Origin: Bacteroidales bacterium
GTDB lineage: Bacteria; Bacteroidota; Bacteroidia; Bacteroidales; UBA10428
Direction of reading: 5' to 3'
DNA: 64,000 bases
Assembly (NCBI GenBank): GCA_016928305.1
Contig: JAFGKY010000021.1
Span: 54-64,053, forward strand
Of the stretch, positions 25,921 to 35,907 are shown in pieces. How positions within the stretch are numbered: the first letter of the stretch is position 1; each line of letters begins with the position of its first letter. The notes beneath the pieces are model-generated. The model worked only from the letters and a program-made list of their open reading frames with translations. It ran no database searches and was not told the origin of the DNA. Both the position numbers and the translations under genes were made by a program.

Positions 25921-28900
25921 ATGAAAAGGCTGGTCATTTCTTTTCTGCTCTTCATGACGCTGACTGCAGGTTTGCTTTATGCCCAGACCCGCAATGTTAC
26001 GGGCATTATAAAAAGCGCCGAAGACAGCCTGCCGTTGCCGGGTGTAACGGTTGCTGTCAAAGGCACACAGACCGGCACCATCACCAATGCAGATGGGTTT
26101 TATTCCATCGAAGTTCCGTTTTCATTTGACACACTGGTTTTTAGCTTCATCGGATTGCAATCGCAGACTGTCGGGATCGATAACAGGCAGGTCATTAACA
26201 CAACACTGGCTTCAGCCTATTATGAAGTCAAAGAAGTCGTGGTAACCGCCCTGGGTATCAGCAGGGATAGCAAAGCCCTGGGATACAGTGCCACCAGTGT
26301 TGATGATGATGAAATTGCCCGCAGTCGTGATCGCAGCGTATTGAATTCACTTCAGGGCAAAGTGGCCGGTGTTGACATCAGCTCTGCATCGGGCGCACCG
26401 GGATCTTCCACCCGCGTTCTGATGAGAGGTGTTTCTTCGCTGGCGGGCTCTAACCAGCCGCTGTTCATTATTGACGGCGTACCGGTCAACAACAGTTCTT
26501 CGGGCAGCACCTCCATCAACGGCGGAATTGATTTTGGGAATAAGATAAACGACCTGAATCCTGAAGATATCGAATCGGTCTCGATCCTGAAAGGAGCTTC
26601 AGGAGCAGCTTTATATGGATCGAGAGCGGCTAACGGAGTGATTGTCATCACCACGAAAAAAGGGGAACAACAGAAAATGAAACCGGTAATTGTCTTTACC
26701 AGCTCTATGGGTTTTGAGTACCCGCTCCGGCTGGTTCAGTACCAGAATGAATTCGGACAGGGCCTTTACGGTGATGCCGTAGCTTATGAAAATACCAGCT
26801 GGGGACCTGCTTTTGACAATAAATTTCACTATTGGGGCAATGAGATCGATAATACCATACAGATAAAATCATACCGGGGCCTGCCCGATAATGTAAAGGA
26901 GTTTTTTGTGACCGGACGGAATTATAACAATTCCCTTTCGGTTTCGAGCGGCAATGAACAGCTGACATACTACATTTCATATTCCAACATCACACAGGAT
27001 GGAATTTTTCCTACCAATTCCGATAGTTATAACCGGCATACCATTTCGCTGAGGAGTTCGGCTAAGCTGACAAAGAAACTTACCACAGCCATATCCATTA
27101 ATTACGTAAAAAAGATCAACCGGTATGTTCCCACCGGCCAGGGTGAGCAATCGGTATATAACCAGGTAATGCAGACACCCCGGGATATAAGCTTGCTGGA
27201 GCTGGAAGATATCGACAGTCAATGGAATAACCTGGATAACTATTATTCGCTCTATACGGTTAATCCGTATTTCCTTCTTAAAAACAACGGTAACCTTAAT
27301 AACGAGGATCGTGAATACGGAAATTTTGACCTTGACTACAGCATAACAAAACATTTGTCAGCCAAATTCCGGTTGGGAGCTGATTTATCGAATGAACAGT
27401 CAAAACTCTGGAGAGCTGCAATCGAGCCGAAGGGCAACAATGAGTTCGCATCCGTATCCGAACCCGGAGTTGTAAGCAAAGCGGCCCAGACAATCTGGCA
27501 GATTAATTCTGATTTTCTTCTGACATACAACCGGGCAATGGGTAATTTTACTATCGATCTTCTTGCCGGACATAACATCAACGAGCGTTCATCCAGCAGT
27601 CTTTATGCCGGGGTGAGCAATCTCACTATAAGCGGATTCTACCAGCTTTCCAATTCCTCGGAATCCCCTGTCGTGGGCGAATCATACGGGAAACGCAGGC
27701 TGGTTGGCGTCTTTGGAAGTGTCGATATAGGCTTTAAAAGCATGTGGTTTCTTTCCGTTACCGCACGTAATGACTGGAGCTCAACGCTCCCAAAAAAGAA
27801 TAACTCATTTTTCTACCCCGGCATAAGTTCATCGCTGGTGTTCACTGAATTGTTCCCGTCTATCAAAAAGATCGTGAGCTTTGGTAAACTAAGGGTGGCC
27901 TATACCCGGGTAGGTAATGATGCTGCGCCTTATCAGATAGGCACAGTATTCTATAATGCCGGACACTCCGACGGATATGGTTCTCTCCGTTATCCGCTTC
28001 CCAATGGTGTGAACTCCTATGAGGTAAGCAATCAGATTGGTAACCAGGAACTGAAACCTGAACTCAGCAGTGAATTTGAGGCAGGAACCGATATTCGCCT
28101 TTTCAACAGCAGGGTGAACATTGATTTTTCATATTATAACAAAGTTACCACCGACCTGATATGGCCGGCACCACTGGCTTCCTCATCGGGATACAGTTCG
28201 AAGATCATTAACCTGGGCAAAATAACCAACAAGGGTATTGAAGCCTTGTTGAATATATCCCTTGTTAGATCACAGAGCTTCCACTGGGACGTAACACTGA
28301 ATTTCTCCCGGAACAGGAATTTGCTGGTTGAATTGAATGAAAACCTCGACCGGATTGTACTCAACGGACTGGTGGTGGAAGGAGGTCAGCAGATATACTA
28401 TGTCGGGAAACCGGATAAACCCATTGGCATCTTTGAAGGACGAACTGTTATGCGCGATGATCAGGGCAGGATTGTGGTGGATAATAACGGACTGCCAAAA
28501 GCAGCAAAAGACCTGGTTGAGTATGGAACGCGTGAGTATGATTTCATTGCCGGAGCCGGAACAAAGTTATCCTATAAAGGAATTCAAATATCGGCAAATG
28601 TAGATATCAAACAAGGCGGGATCATGTATTCGCGTACCAAGGATATTTCGGTATGGGCAGGCACAGTGCCGCTTACTTTATACAACATGAGAGAACCCTT
28701 CATCATTCCGAATTCGGTGTATGAAACAGGCCAGGATGAGGAAGGAAACTCCATATATGCTGAAAATACAATACCGGTCAACGCGGTAACACTGGTTGAT
28801 TACTGGGGAAACGGAGGCATTCTTCTCGATGGGAATTCCCTGGTGGATAAATCGTATGTCAAGCTGCGCGAAGCAGCATTATCCTATGACCTGCCAAAGA

Positions 28901-29100
28901 AACTGCTGGCAAAGGTGAAGATCGATGGTCTCCAGCTGAGTGTGATCGGACGAAACCTGTTGCTGTGGACACCCAAAGACCAAACTTATATTGACCCGGA
29001 ACAAACCACATTTGGAAATGACATGTTGGCTGATTTCGGGGAGTACGGTGCTCAGCCGACAGTGCGAAGCGTGACATTCGGATTGCGATTAATCTTTTAA
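25921..29100 (+). CDS. SusC/RagA family TonB-linked outer membrane protein
   Basis: 1059 aa. VTGIIKSAEDSLPLPGVTVAVKG, EVVVTALGISRDSKALGYS, VSILKGASGAALYGSRAANGVIVITTKKG. C-terminal ...FGLRLIF. Confidence 0.93.
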   Translation: MKRLVISFLLFMTLTAGLLYAQTRNVTGIIKSAEDSLPLPGVTVAVKGTQTGTITNADGFYSIEVPFSFDTLVFSFIGLQSQTVGIDNRQVINTTLASAYYEVKEVVVTALGISRDSKALGYSATSVDDDEIARSRDRSVLNSLQGKVAGVDISSASGAPGSSTRVLMRGVSSLAGSNQPLFIIDGVPVNNSSSGSTSINGGIDFGNKINDLNPEDIESVSILKGASGAALYGSRAANGVIVITTKKGEQQKMKPVIVFTSSMGFEYPLRLVQYQNEFGQGLYGDAVAYENTSWGPAFDNKFHYWGNEIDNTIQIKSYRGLPDNVKEFFVTGRNYNNSLSVSSGNEQLTYYISYSNITQDGIFPTNSDSYNRHTISLRSSAKLTKKLTTAISINYVKKINRYVPTGQGEQSVYNQVMQTPRDISLLELEDIDSQWNNLDNYYSLYTVNPYFLLKNNGNLNNEDREYGNFDLDYSITKHLSAKFRLGADLSNEQSKLWRAAIEPKGNNEFASVSEPGVVSKAAQTIWQINSDFLLTYNRAMGNFTIDLLAGHNINERSSSSLYAGVSNLTISGFYQLSNSSESPVVGESYGKRRLVGVFGSVDIGFKSMWFLSVTARNDWSSTLPKKNNSFFYPGISSSLVFTELFPSIKKIVSFGKLRVAYTRVGNDAAPYQIGTVFYNAGHSDGYGSLRYPLPNGVNSYEVSNQIGNQELKPELSSEFEAGTDIRLFNSRVNIDFSYYNKVTTDLIWPAPLASSSGYSSKIINLGKITNKGIEALLNISLVRSQSFHWDVTLNFSRNRNLLVELNENLDRIVLNGLVVEGGQQIYYVGKPDKPIGIFEGRTVMRDDQGRIVVDNNGLPKAAKDLVEYGTREYDFIAGAGTKLSYKGIQISANVDIKQGGIMYSRTKDISVWAGTVPLTLYNMREPFIIPNSVYETGQDEEGNSIYAENTIPVNAVTLVDYWGNGGILLDGNSLVDKSYVKLREAALSYDLPKKLLAKVKIDGLQLSVIGRNLLLWTPKDQTYIDPEQTTFGNDMLADFGEYGAQPTVRSVTFGLRLIF

Positions 29101-29175
29101 GATAAGCGTTAACAATGAATTTGAATAAAGAATATTATCAGGCAAAAGTTAAAGCACCTAAGTTTGTGAATGAAT

Positions 29176-29252
29176 TTCTTTCACTAACCACAGGCTTTAG
29201 CCTGGGGTTGATCAAAGCATCGCCTTCATCGGGCTTTAGCCCATTCTTTCAC
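29176..29252 (+). repeat. 59-nt two-hairpin insertion between susC and susD, flanked by the 9-bp direct repeat TTCTTTCAC
   Basis: ttctttcac occurs at 29176-29184 and again at 29244-29252. Between them are the hairpins aacc-a-caggc-ttta-gcctg-g-ggtt (29186-29209) and gggc-ttta-gccc (29231-29242). Confidence 0.55.
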
Positions 29253-29288
29253 ACCTTGTCACGCAAGCTCGGATATATTTATAAAGGT

Positions 29289-30776
29289 ATGGTTATTGCC
29301 TTCCTTATTTTAAATTCCTCCTGTGAAAACTGGCTTGACATCAATGAGGATCCCAACAATCCGTCGGAAGCTGATGAAGAGCTGACCCTTGCGGCCGGCA
29401 TTTCTTCCGTCGCCTATGTATACGGAGGAAAATACCAGGTGCTGGGCGCATTATGGTCACAACACTGGACGCAATCACTGGGAGCATCACAATATACCGG
29501 CCTGGATTCGTATGACATTAACAGCAGTACATTCAACGGACAGTTTAATGAGCTGTACGCGGGAGCGCTTGCCAACCTGGAATATATCAAAGAGCTTGCA
29601 TACATGAATCGTCAGTGGAATTATTATCTTATTGCAACCGTAATGCAATGCTATACCTACCAGCTTCTGGTTGACCTGTACGATCAGATCCCGTTTTCCG
29701 AAGCACTGAAAGGAGATGAAGGTATTGTAGCGCCTCATTTTGAGAACGGTCAGGATATATATGACAGCCTGATCGCACGTATTGATTATGCCCTGGGTAT
29801 GGATCTTGAGGCGGAAAGCAATGAAGAAGTTGGAAGTGAAGACCTTATTTTTGACGGTAATATAAACCGGTGGATTGAATTTGCCAATACCCTTAAATTG
29901 AAAATATACCTGCGCCAGGTGTATGCCCGGCCGCAGGTAGCAGAAGACAGAATCCGGCAATTGTATGCAGATGCGGAGATTAAATTCCTTGGAACGGATG
30001 CCTCTATGACACAATTTGCCGATGCATCCGGACGGCGAAATCCCTTGTACGAAACCGAAATGGAAATTTTCGGGGGGAATCCGAATCTTGTTTTGAGCAA
30101 TACTTTCCTTAGTTACATGAACGACAATGGCGATATAGAACGACTGGATGCTCTCTTTAACTATCCTGAACAGGGAGGTGCGCATAAGGGACTCGATCAG
30201 GGCAACTATAATGATCCGGATGAACCAACAGGAACAAATAGTACCTATTATTCCAAGCCGGCGTTTTATCCCCTCGATCCGGTTTACCTGATGAGTTCGA
30301 CGGAATCGTGTTTCCTGCAAAGTGAGGCAATTATTCGTTTTAATGTCAAATCGTATGCGACTGCAAAAGAACTCTATCAGGATGGAATAGATAAAGCGTT
30401 TGACAGGCTCGGCTTTTCCGGCGGTGATGCGTATTATGAGCCCGGTGATCCGTATGCCTTTCCTGCTGAAGGAAGTCCGGTCGAGGAATTTATTAAAACG
30501 ATCATCATACAAAAATGGGTATCGCTGGCCAACATACAGAGCCTTGAGACATTCTTCGAGCATAACCGCACGCATTATCCCCGGGAAAGCCAGGTGCCTG
30601 CAGACAATGATAACTATGTGCCGGGTGAATTCACCCTGTCGGTCAACAATGTCACCAGCGGAAGGTTCCCGAAACGGCTGATATTCCCTGAAACGGAATA
30701 TTCAGGTAATCCGAATACACCCGCTAAAAAAGATGTTTCCGAGAAAATATGGTGGGATAAAAAGAATGGTGAATAG
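29289..30776 (+). CDS. SusD-like (SusD/RagB family) lipoprotein
   Basis: Start taken at MVIAFLILNSSCENWLDINEDPNNPSE (lipobox plus the canonical SusD-like_2 opening). The track ORF extends to 29115, but that part translates the hairpin insertion. C-terminal motifs: KWVSLANIQSLETFFEHNRTHYP. Confidence 0.88.
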   Translation: MVIAFLILNSSCENWLDINEDPNNPSEADEELTLAAGISSVAYVYGGKYQVLGALWSQHWTQSLGASQYTGLDSYDINSSTFNGQFNELYAGALANLEYIKELAYMNRQWNYYLIATVMQCYTYQLLVDLYDQIPFSEALKGDEGIVAPHFENGQDIYDSLIARIDYALGMDLEAESNEEVGSEDLIFDGNINRWIEFANTLKLKIYLRQVYARPQVAEDRIRQLYADAEIKFLGTDASMTQFADASGRRNPLYETEMEIFGGNPNLVLSNTFLSYMNDNGDIERLDALFNYPEQGGAHKGLDQGNYNDPDEPTGTNSTYYSKPAFYPLDPVYLMSSTESCFLQSEAIIRFNVKSYATAKELYQDGIDKAFDRLGFSGGDAYYEPGDPYAFPAEGSPVEEFIKTIIIQKWVSLANIQSLETFFEHNRTHYPRESQVPADNDNYVPGEFTLSVNNVTSGRFPKRLIFPETEYSGNPNTPAKKDVSEKIWWDKKNGE

Positions 30777-30780
30777 CATA

Positions 30781-31434
30781 ATGAGAATTATTTCCTATAT
30801 AGTGTTTGCATCTTTTATCGTGTTGTTGTCTTCCTGTGAAAAGTGGTATGAAACAGCCGATGTATCGCATGTCACCTGCTTACCAGAATTCTCATTTGAG
30901 GGAGGAGATTTCATCTCACTTGTCAGGCAGGACAGCGGGGAGTATGACGACCAGGGTGTAACTGCCACTGCCAATGGTAAACCGGTTGCCGTTTACACCT
31001 TTGTTGAAAATTATGTTGATGTTACCACACCGGGCATTTACACCCTGGCTTATTATGCTGAAAACCCGGAAGGCTTTTCAAAAATAGCACAGCGGATTGT
31101 TGCCGTAACCTATGAGGATGTTTCGGGTAACGATCTTGCAGGTACATATTCCGGTACCGTCTGGGATCCGGTGGAGGCGACGGTCATTAAAATTAGTGAA
31201 GGAGGGTTGTACAAGATGGATGATGTGATGGGATACCCGGGTTATGCCATGCCCGGCAGGTTTGTTGACCTGGGTCAGGAAACCTTGATATTGTTACCGG
31301 GTGAAGGCTATTTTGGCGAATATGATTTTTCGGAGGGACAGTATACCCGAAGGACCCTGTCCTGGGATGTTATATTGCTTACAGCTCCTTACGAAGGTAT
31401 TGAGATTCCTGTAATATGGAGGAAAGTTGAATGA
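30781..31434 (+). CDS. Lipoprotein with a DUF5011-like bacterial Ig-like domain
   Basis: Start at MRIISYIVFASFIVLLSSC (lipobox). GEYDDQGVTATANGKPV...VDVTTPGIYTLAYYAENPEGFS resembles the DUF5011 Ig-like pattern (..D.GvtA.D...g.l......vd....G.Y.v.Y.a.D..GN). Confidence 0.6.
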   Translation: MRIISYIVFASFIVLLSSCEKWYETADVSHVTCLPEFSFEGGDFISLVRQDSGEYDDQGVTATANGKPVAVYTFVENYVDVTTPGIYTLAYYAENPEGFSKIAQRIVAVTYEDVSGNDLAGTYSGTVWDPVEATVIKISEGGLYKMDDVMGYPGYAMPGRFVDLGQETLILLPGEGYFGEYDFSEGQYTRRTLSWDVILLTAPYEGIEIPVIWRKVE

Positions 31435-31988
31435 TGCGTATACGAGTGCATGGAATTCCGGTAACCAATCCTGTTCATAGTACAGGAAATGCATTATTAT
31501 GCATTTTCTTTGTTGTTCTTATGGCTGTTTCCTGCCAGACAGAAGAATATGAAGTTGATTATCCCATTGGCAATCCCAATCATCTTGTCGGCAACTGGAG
31601 AGCCTTTGAATTTCAGGGAGGGGCATTTGACCTTGAAAAGCTGGCCGATGAGTATGACCTTGTCACAGCTCTCGATCCGAATTCGAATGACAGCCTGGTA
31701 GTTGACAACCTGTATAATTCGGGAGTGAGGGTTAAAACTCATTATGATGGTTCTTTTTTCGAAGTGTCTCACGGCAGACAACTTGAAGTTATCCATATGG
31801 GGCAGTATGGAATTTATACCGTATCTGTGAACGGAGAGTTTCAGTCCACTGAGGAGGATGGCGATTACCTGGTGATGAACGTGGGTCTTTATGATCGGTA
31901 TGCCACCCGGGTGGATACGGTATTGATTTTTGCATTTCGTAAAACAGGTTTTGAAGATACCGATTACCAAAGCCTGCTCAGTAAATAA
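31431..31988 (+). CDS. Hypothetical small lipoprotein
   Basis: 185 aa with lipobox LMAVSC. ATGA overlap with the upstream stop. No assignable domain. Confidence 0.5.
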   Translation: MMRIRVHGIPVTNPVHSTGNALLCIFFVVLMAVSCQTEEYEVDYPIGNPNHLVGNWRAFEFQGGAFDLEKLADEYDLVTALDPNSNDSLVVDNLYNSGVRVKTHYDGSFFEVSHGRQLEVIHMGQYGIYTVSVNGEFQSTEEDGDYLVMNVGLYDRYATRVDTVLIFAFRKTGFEDTDYQSLLSK

Positions 31989-32016
31989 TTGAAAGAACAT
32001 AAGAAAACCGATTGAT

Positions 32017-35000
32017 ATGAACAAAAGTAAAATGCATTGGTTTCTTTCCTCCTTTTTGTTAATTGCCGTTTCGGTAACGGCAATCATTGTATGGAAGTTG
32101 AAAGATAGCAAAGAGGTCGTGGAACCCGGTTTCGACAAGCCTGACGAATTCATGAATTATTTTCATGCCATTACAACGCCTATTGGCGGGAAGAGTTCGG
32201 GTTATAAGACCAATTACAGGTTTTATGAACTGGACAGGGCAAAAGGAAATCTTAAGCGCCTGAAGTCGACTGCTGAAAAATATCCCTGGGTACAGCGGGG
32301 GCCCGGAAATGTAGGAGGGAGGACAAGAAGCGTGATTATCGATTTCGATGATCCGACTTTTAAGACCTGGTATGCAGCGGCGGTCAGCGGCGGTATATGG
32401 AAAACGACGGATGAAGGAGAAACCTGGACCAATATGACACCCGATCTGCCGAACCTGGCGACCAACACCATGGCCATGGCTCCTTCGAATCATAATACAA
32501 TCTATGCAGGCACCGGTGAAGGTTATGGCGGGGTTGGCATGGTAACCGGTAATGGCATAATAAAATCCACCAACAGAGGAGTGACATGGCAACTATTAAA
32601 CACCACTACCCTGAATGATAATTTCAGATTTGTGAACAAAATATTGATTGATCCGGATAATGAAAATGTTGTTCTGGCGGCAACCAACCGGGGAATTTTT
32701 AAATCTGCTGACGGAGGGCAGCATTGGCAGGCAGTTTATGAAAAAGGTTATGCGATGCAGGATCTGCTGGCTGATCCGACTGATTTTTTAAGGCAATATG
32801 CCGGTGCGTACGGTTATGGTATATTAAAATCAGAAGATGGCGGAGACACATGGATTCCCTGTAATACCGGAATTGGAGAGGGCGGAAGATTCTCCCTGTC
32901 CATATCACCACAGAGCCCAAACAGAATTTATTCCTGTGTGGAAGCGGTGGGCTATGAATCAGGAATTGCTGAACTGGAAACGCATATTTATATATCTTCT
33001 GATTATGGCCTCAATTGGGCGAAATATGTTTCCTCCGTTAATTTCCTGGGATCTCAGGGCTGGTTTAATAATGTCATAACGGTGCATCCTTTTAATGAGA
33101 ATCTTGTGTATGTCGGAGGTGTCGACCTTGGCCAGATAGAATTTCTTCCGGGCACTTCGGTGAGTGATCCCGTGGTTAAGAGAGTGGATACAATCGGCAC
33201 TGCATCGTATATGGATTTTATCAATTTCGGCGGGCGTTTTCTCGGCGGAGGTATGTCAACCGGTGATCTGGAAGACGGAACCGATATTCTTTCGGGTGAC
33301 TGGGTTCCGGTTGAGATACGCTTTGGCCCCGGCAAACAGCAAAAAGCTCACCGTTTCACTGTTCCTGAGGGTGAGGGACCCGGAGTACCACCTGAAGATT
33401 ATTCGTATATGGATTATATCAATGTTCCGTTTGAAGCCTGGGATGTTAAGAACAATCGTCAGCTTATGCTTTCTTTTCGCGACCAGGAAAGGGATGGTGA
33501 TTTTAACCTTATTGAAAGAAGCCTGACAGAGGAAATATCAGGACGTGAGTATTTCTTTGTCCATGCCGTTACGTATAATGCATCTGCTGCATCATCGTAT
33601 ATAGCCAAAGCAGGAGGTTATACGTATAAACAATTGTATTTTTTCTGGCCGACGCTGGCGGAAGATGCAACCTGGACACCGGCTTCGCTGCCTGAATCAG
33701 TCATTTCCATTGAATACGGGAGCTTTATTCTCCACAACCAGGGGAATGTTACCGTTTTGGCAGACTCCAGGAAAAACAGCAACCTCCATGTTGACCATCA
33801 TGAAATACATACAATCGTTACGGATGCCGTGAACGAAAAATTTACATTGCTGGATGCCAATGACGGTGGTCTTGGAATATCCTTTAACGAAGGCAGTACC
33901 TGGGAACAACTGGATAATGGTTATATTACCACCCAGTTTTATGGTGTTGCCAAGAAACCCTGGGCCAATGAATATATCGGAGGCATGCAGGACAACGGTA
34001 CCTGGCAGTCACCGGCGGGACTAGAAGCTACCAGCATCTCGGAATATAATGACAGAATCGGGGGCGATGGTTTTGAAGTTCTCTGGCATCCCCTGTATCC
34101 GCATCGTATTTTGGGCAGCACATACTACAATCAGTTTTATGTTACCAATGATGGTGGTAATAACTGGACAAGAGCGGATCAGGGAATTAACGGGGATGGC
34201 CCCTTTGTGTCGCGCTTATCGCATTCAAGGGCTAAACCCGATGTTGTATTTGCTGTCGGAAGCAAAGGGGTTTTTCGCCATAATAATTTTGGTATGGGTC
34301 GCTATTTCTGGAATACAATACCCATTGGCAAAGGCTGGACCGTCAATGAAACAGTAACAAACCAGCACAATGTCGAGGTTTCTCTGGCGTCTCCATCGGT
34401 AATCTGGGCAGGAGCCGGAATGTTTGCAAACCCCGATCTCCACCTTTTTCTCTCCCGTAACGGAGGAAATTCATTCGATTCGGTGCCAAACGTTAAGGAT
34501 GTGGAACTTGGTTATATCAGCGGTATTGCCACACATCCACACGATACCGGTACAGCTTATGCACTTTTTTCACTCAAAGGAAAGCCTAAAATATTGCGTA
34601 CGACCGATTATGGTAAAAACTGGGAAGACATTTCCGGCTTCGGTACAGGCAATTCAAGTGTTAACGGATTCCCCGATGTGATGGTTTACAGTGTACTGGT
34701 CATGCCCTACACGGGAATTATATGGGCAGGGACAGAAATAGGACTCTTTGAATCAACCGACGATGGACTTTCATGGCATTATGCCGATAACGGATTACCG
34801 GCCGTTTCGATCTGGCAGATGGATATCGTAAATCAACAGGTGATTGTGGCTACTCATGGCAGGGGTATATGGACCCTTGACCTGACACTGGTAGGGATGC
34901 AGGAAAAAGCAGAAGAAGCTCGGCCGAAACTCTCATTTTACCCGAATCCGTCCAGGGAATATGTGAATGTTCTATTGGATAATCCATACAGGGGCATGAT

Positions 35001-35172
35001 GGAGTTAACGGTGACCGATATGAACGGTAAGGCCATAATGAAAACCGCTCACAACAAAGCCGATCAGGTCTGGAGATTGGTGATGGATATAAGGGTTTTA
35101 AAGCCGGCCAATTATATCGTTACTGCAAAATGCGGCTCTTCCCTGGCAATAGGTAAGATTACGGTCTATTAA
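32017..35172 (+). CDS. BNR/Asp-box repeat (sortilin-VPS10 / GH74-like double propeller) protein with T9SS type A C-terminal sorting domain
   Basis: About 10 Asp-box motifs (S/T-x-D-x-G-x-x-W): TTDEGETW, SADGGQHW, SEDGGDTW, SSDYGLNW, TNDGGNNW, TTDYGKNW, STDDGLSW and others. The C-terminal about 80 aa (LSFYPNPSREYVNVLL...LTVTDMNGKAIM...LKPANYIVTA...IGKITVY) fits the Por secretion tail. Confidence 0.8.
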   Translation: MNKSKMHWFLSSFLLIAVSVTAIIVWKLKDSKEVVEPGFDKPDEFMNYFHAITTPIGGKSSGYKTNYRFYELDRAKGNLKRLKSTAEKYPWVQRGPGNVGGRTRSVIIDFDDPTFKTWYAAAVSGGIWKTTDEGETWTNMTPDLPNLATNTMAMAPSNHNTIYAGTGEGYGGVGMVTGNGIIKSTNRGVTWQLLNTTTLNDNFRFVNKILIDPDNENVVLAATNRGIFKSADGGQHWQAVYEKGYAMQDLLADPTDFLRQYAGAYGYGILKSEDGGDTWIPCNTGIGEGGRFSLSISPQSPNRIYSCVEAVGYESGIAELETHIYISSDYGLNWAKYVSSVNFLGSQGWFNNVITVHPFNENLVYVGGVDLGQIEFLPGTSVSDPVVKRVDTIGTASYMDFINFGGRFLGGGMSTGDLEDGTDILSGDWVPVEIRFGPGKQQKAHRFTVPEGEGPGVPPEDYSYMDYINVPFEAWDVKNNRQLMLSFRDQERDGDFNLIERSLTEEISGREYFFVHAVTYNASAASSYIAKAGGYTYKQLYFFWPTLAEDATWTPASLPESVISIEYGSFILHNQGNVTVLADSRKNSNLHVDHHEIHTIVTDAVNEKFTLLDANDGGLGISFNEGSTWEQLDNGYITTQFYGVAKKPWANEYIGGMQDNGTWQSPAGLEATSISEYNDRIGGDGFEVLWHPLYPHRILGSTYYNQFYVTNDGGNNWTRADQGINGDGPFVSRLSHSRAKPDVVFAVGSKGVFRHNNFGMGRYFWNTIPIGKGWTVNETVTNQHNVEVSLASPSVIWAGAGMFANPDLHLFLSRNGGNSFDSVPNVKDVELGYISGIATHPHDTGTAYALFSLKGKPKILRTTDYGKNWEDISGFGTGNSSVNGFPDVMVYSVLVMPYTGIIWAGTEIGLFESTDDGLSWHYADNGLPAVSIWQMDIVNQQVIVATHGRGIWTLDLTLVGMQEKAEEARPKLSFYPNPSREYVNVLLDNPYRGMMELTVTDMNGKAIMKTAHNKADQVWRLVMDIRVLKPANYIVTAKCGSSLAIGKITVY

Positions 35173-35320
35173 TAAAAGATTAGAGTATCAAGGGATTTTA
35201 ACAGCCACGCGAGCATGAATAATTCATTCGTGTTTTAATGGCTGTAATTTCATCCATATTGTTATATTTACACGTGTTCAAAAAATCATTAACGGCGCAT
35301 TTATCAAGGACAAGATTAAT

Positions 35321-35905
35321 ATGGACAGCATTGGTAAGAAACTTCGTGACAGAAAGGAGAAAAAATTGCATCAGCATGGTAAGGTGATCTGGATGACGGG
35401 TCTCTCAGGAGCCGGTAAAAGTACAATTGCGGCTCATCTTGAAGAAGCTCTTTACAACCATGGCTTTTTGACCAGGGTTATTGACAATGACCAGACGCGC
35501 GACGGGCTCAACCGTGATCTGGGATTCAGTCGCGAAGACCGCCATGAAAACCTGCGCAGGGTTGCTGAAGTGGCAAAGCTTTTTTGCCATACCGGTGTTG
35601 TTACCATAGTGTCTTTTATCAGTCCGACAATTTTTTCAAGGGAACAGGCCCGTCAAATAATCGGAGAGAGTGACTTTGTGCTGGTGTATGTGAATGCGTC
35701 CTTGGAAACATGCGAGAAAAGAGATGTCAAAGGTTTGTATAAAAAGGCCAGGATGGGCCTTATCCCCATGTTTACCGGGATAGATTCTCCTTTCGACATA
35801 CCGGATAAGGCCGATATTGAAATAAGAACCGATCAGCTGTCGGTTCAGGAATGCATCGATCATTTGATGGAATACATTCTTCCCCGTGTGGAATACAATG
35901 AATAA
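35321..35905 (+). CDS. cysC: Adenylyl-sulfate kinase
   Basis: P-loop GKVIWMTGLSGAGKSTIA. LDNDQTRDGLNRDLGFSREDRHENLRRVAEVAKL and SFISP are hallmark APS kinase motifs. Confidence 0.93.
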   Translation: MDSIGKKLRDRKEKKLHQHGKVIWMTGLSGAGKSTIAAHLEEALYNHGFLTRVIDNDQTRDGLNRDLGFSREDRHENLRRVAEVAKLFCHTGVVTIVSFISPTIFSREQARQIIGESDFVLVYVNASLETCEKRDVKGLYKKARMGLIPMFTGIDSPFDIPDKADIEIRTDQLSVQECIDHLMEYILPRVEYNE

Positions 35906-35907
35906 AC

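Noticed and set aside
25893-26129. A 78-aa ORF overlapping the susC start in another frame.
   Set aside because: It is out of frame with the strongly supported SusC ORF, is Cys/His/Arg-rich, and has no support.
29487-30575. A 362-aa minus-strand ORF.
   Set aside because: It lies entirely antisense to the well-supported SusD-like gene. It has no motifs and a composition typical of shadow ORFs.
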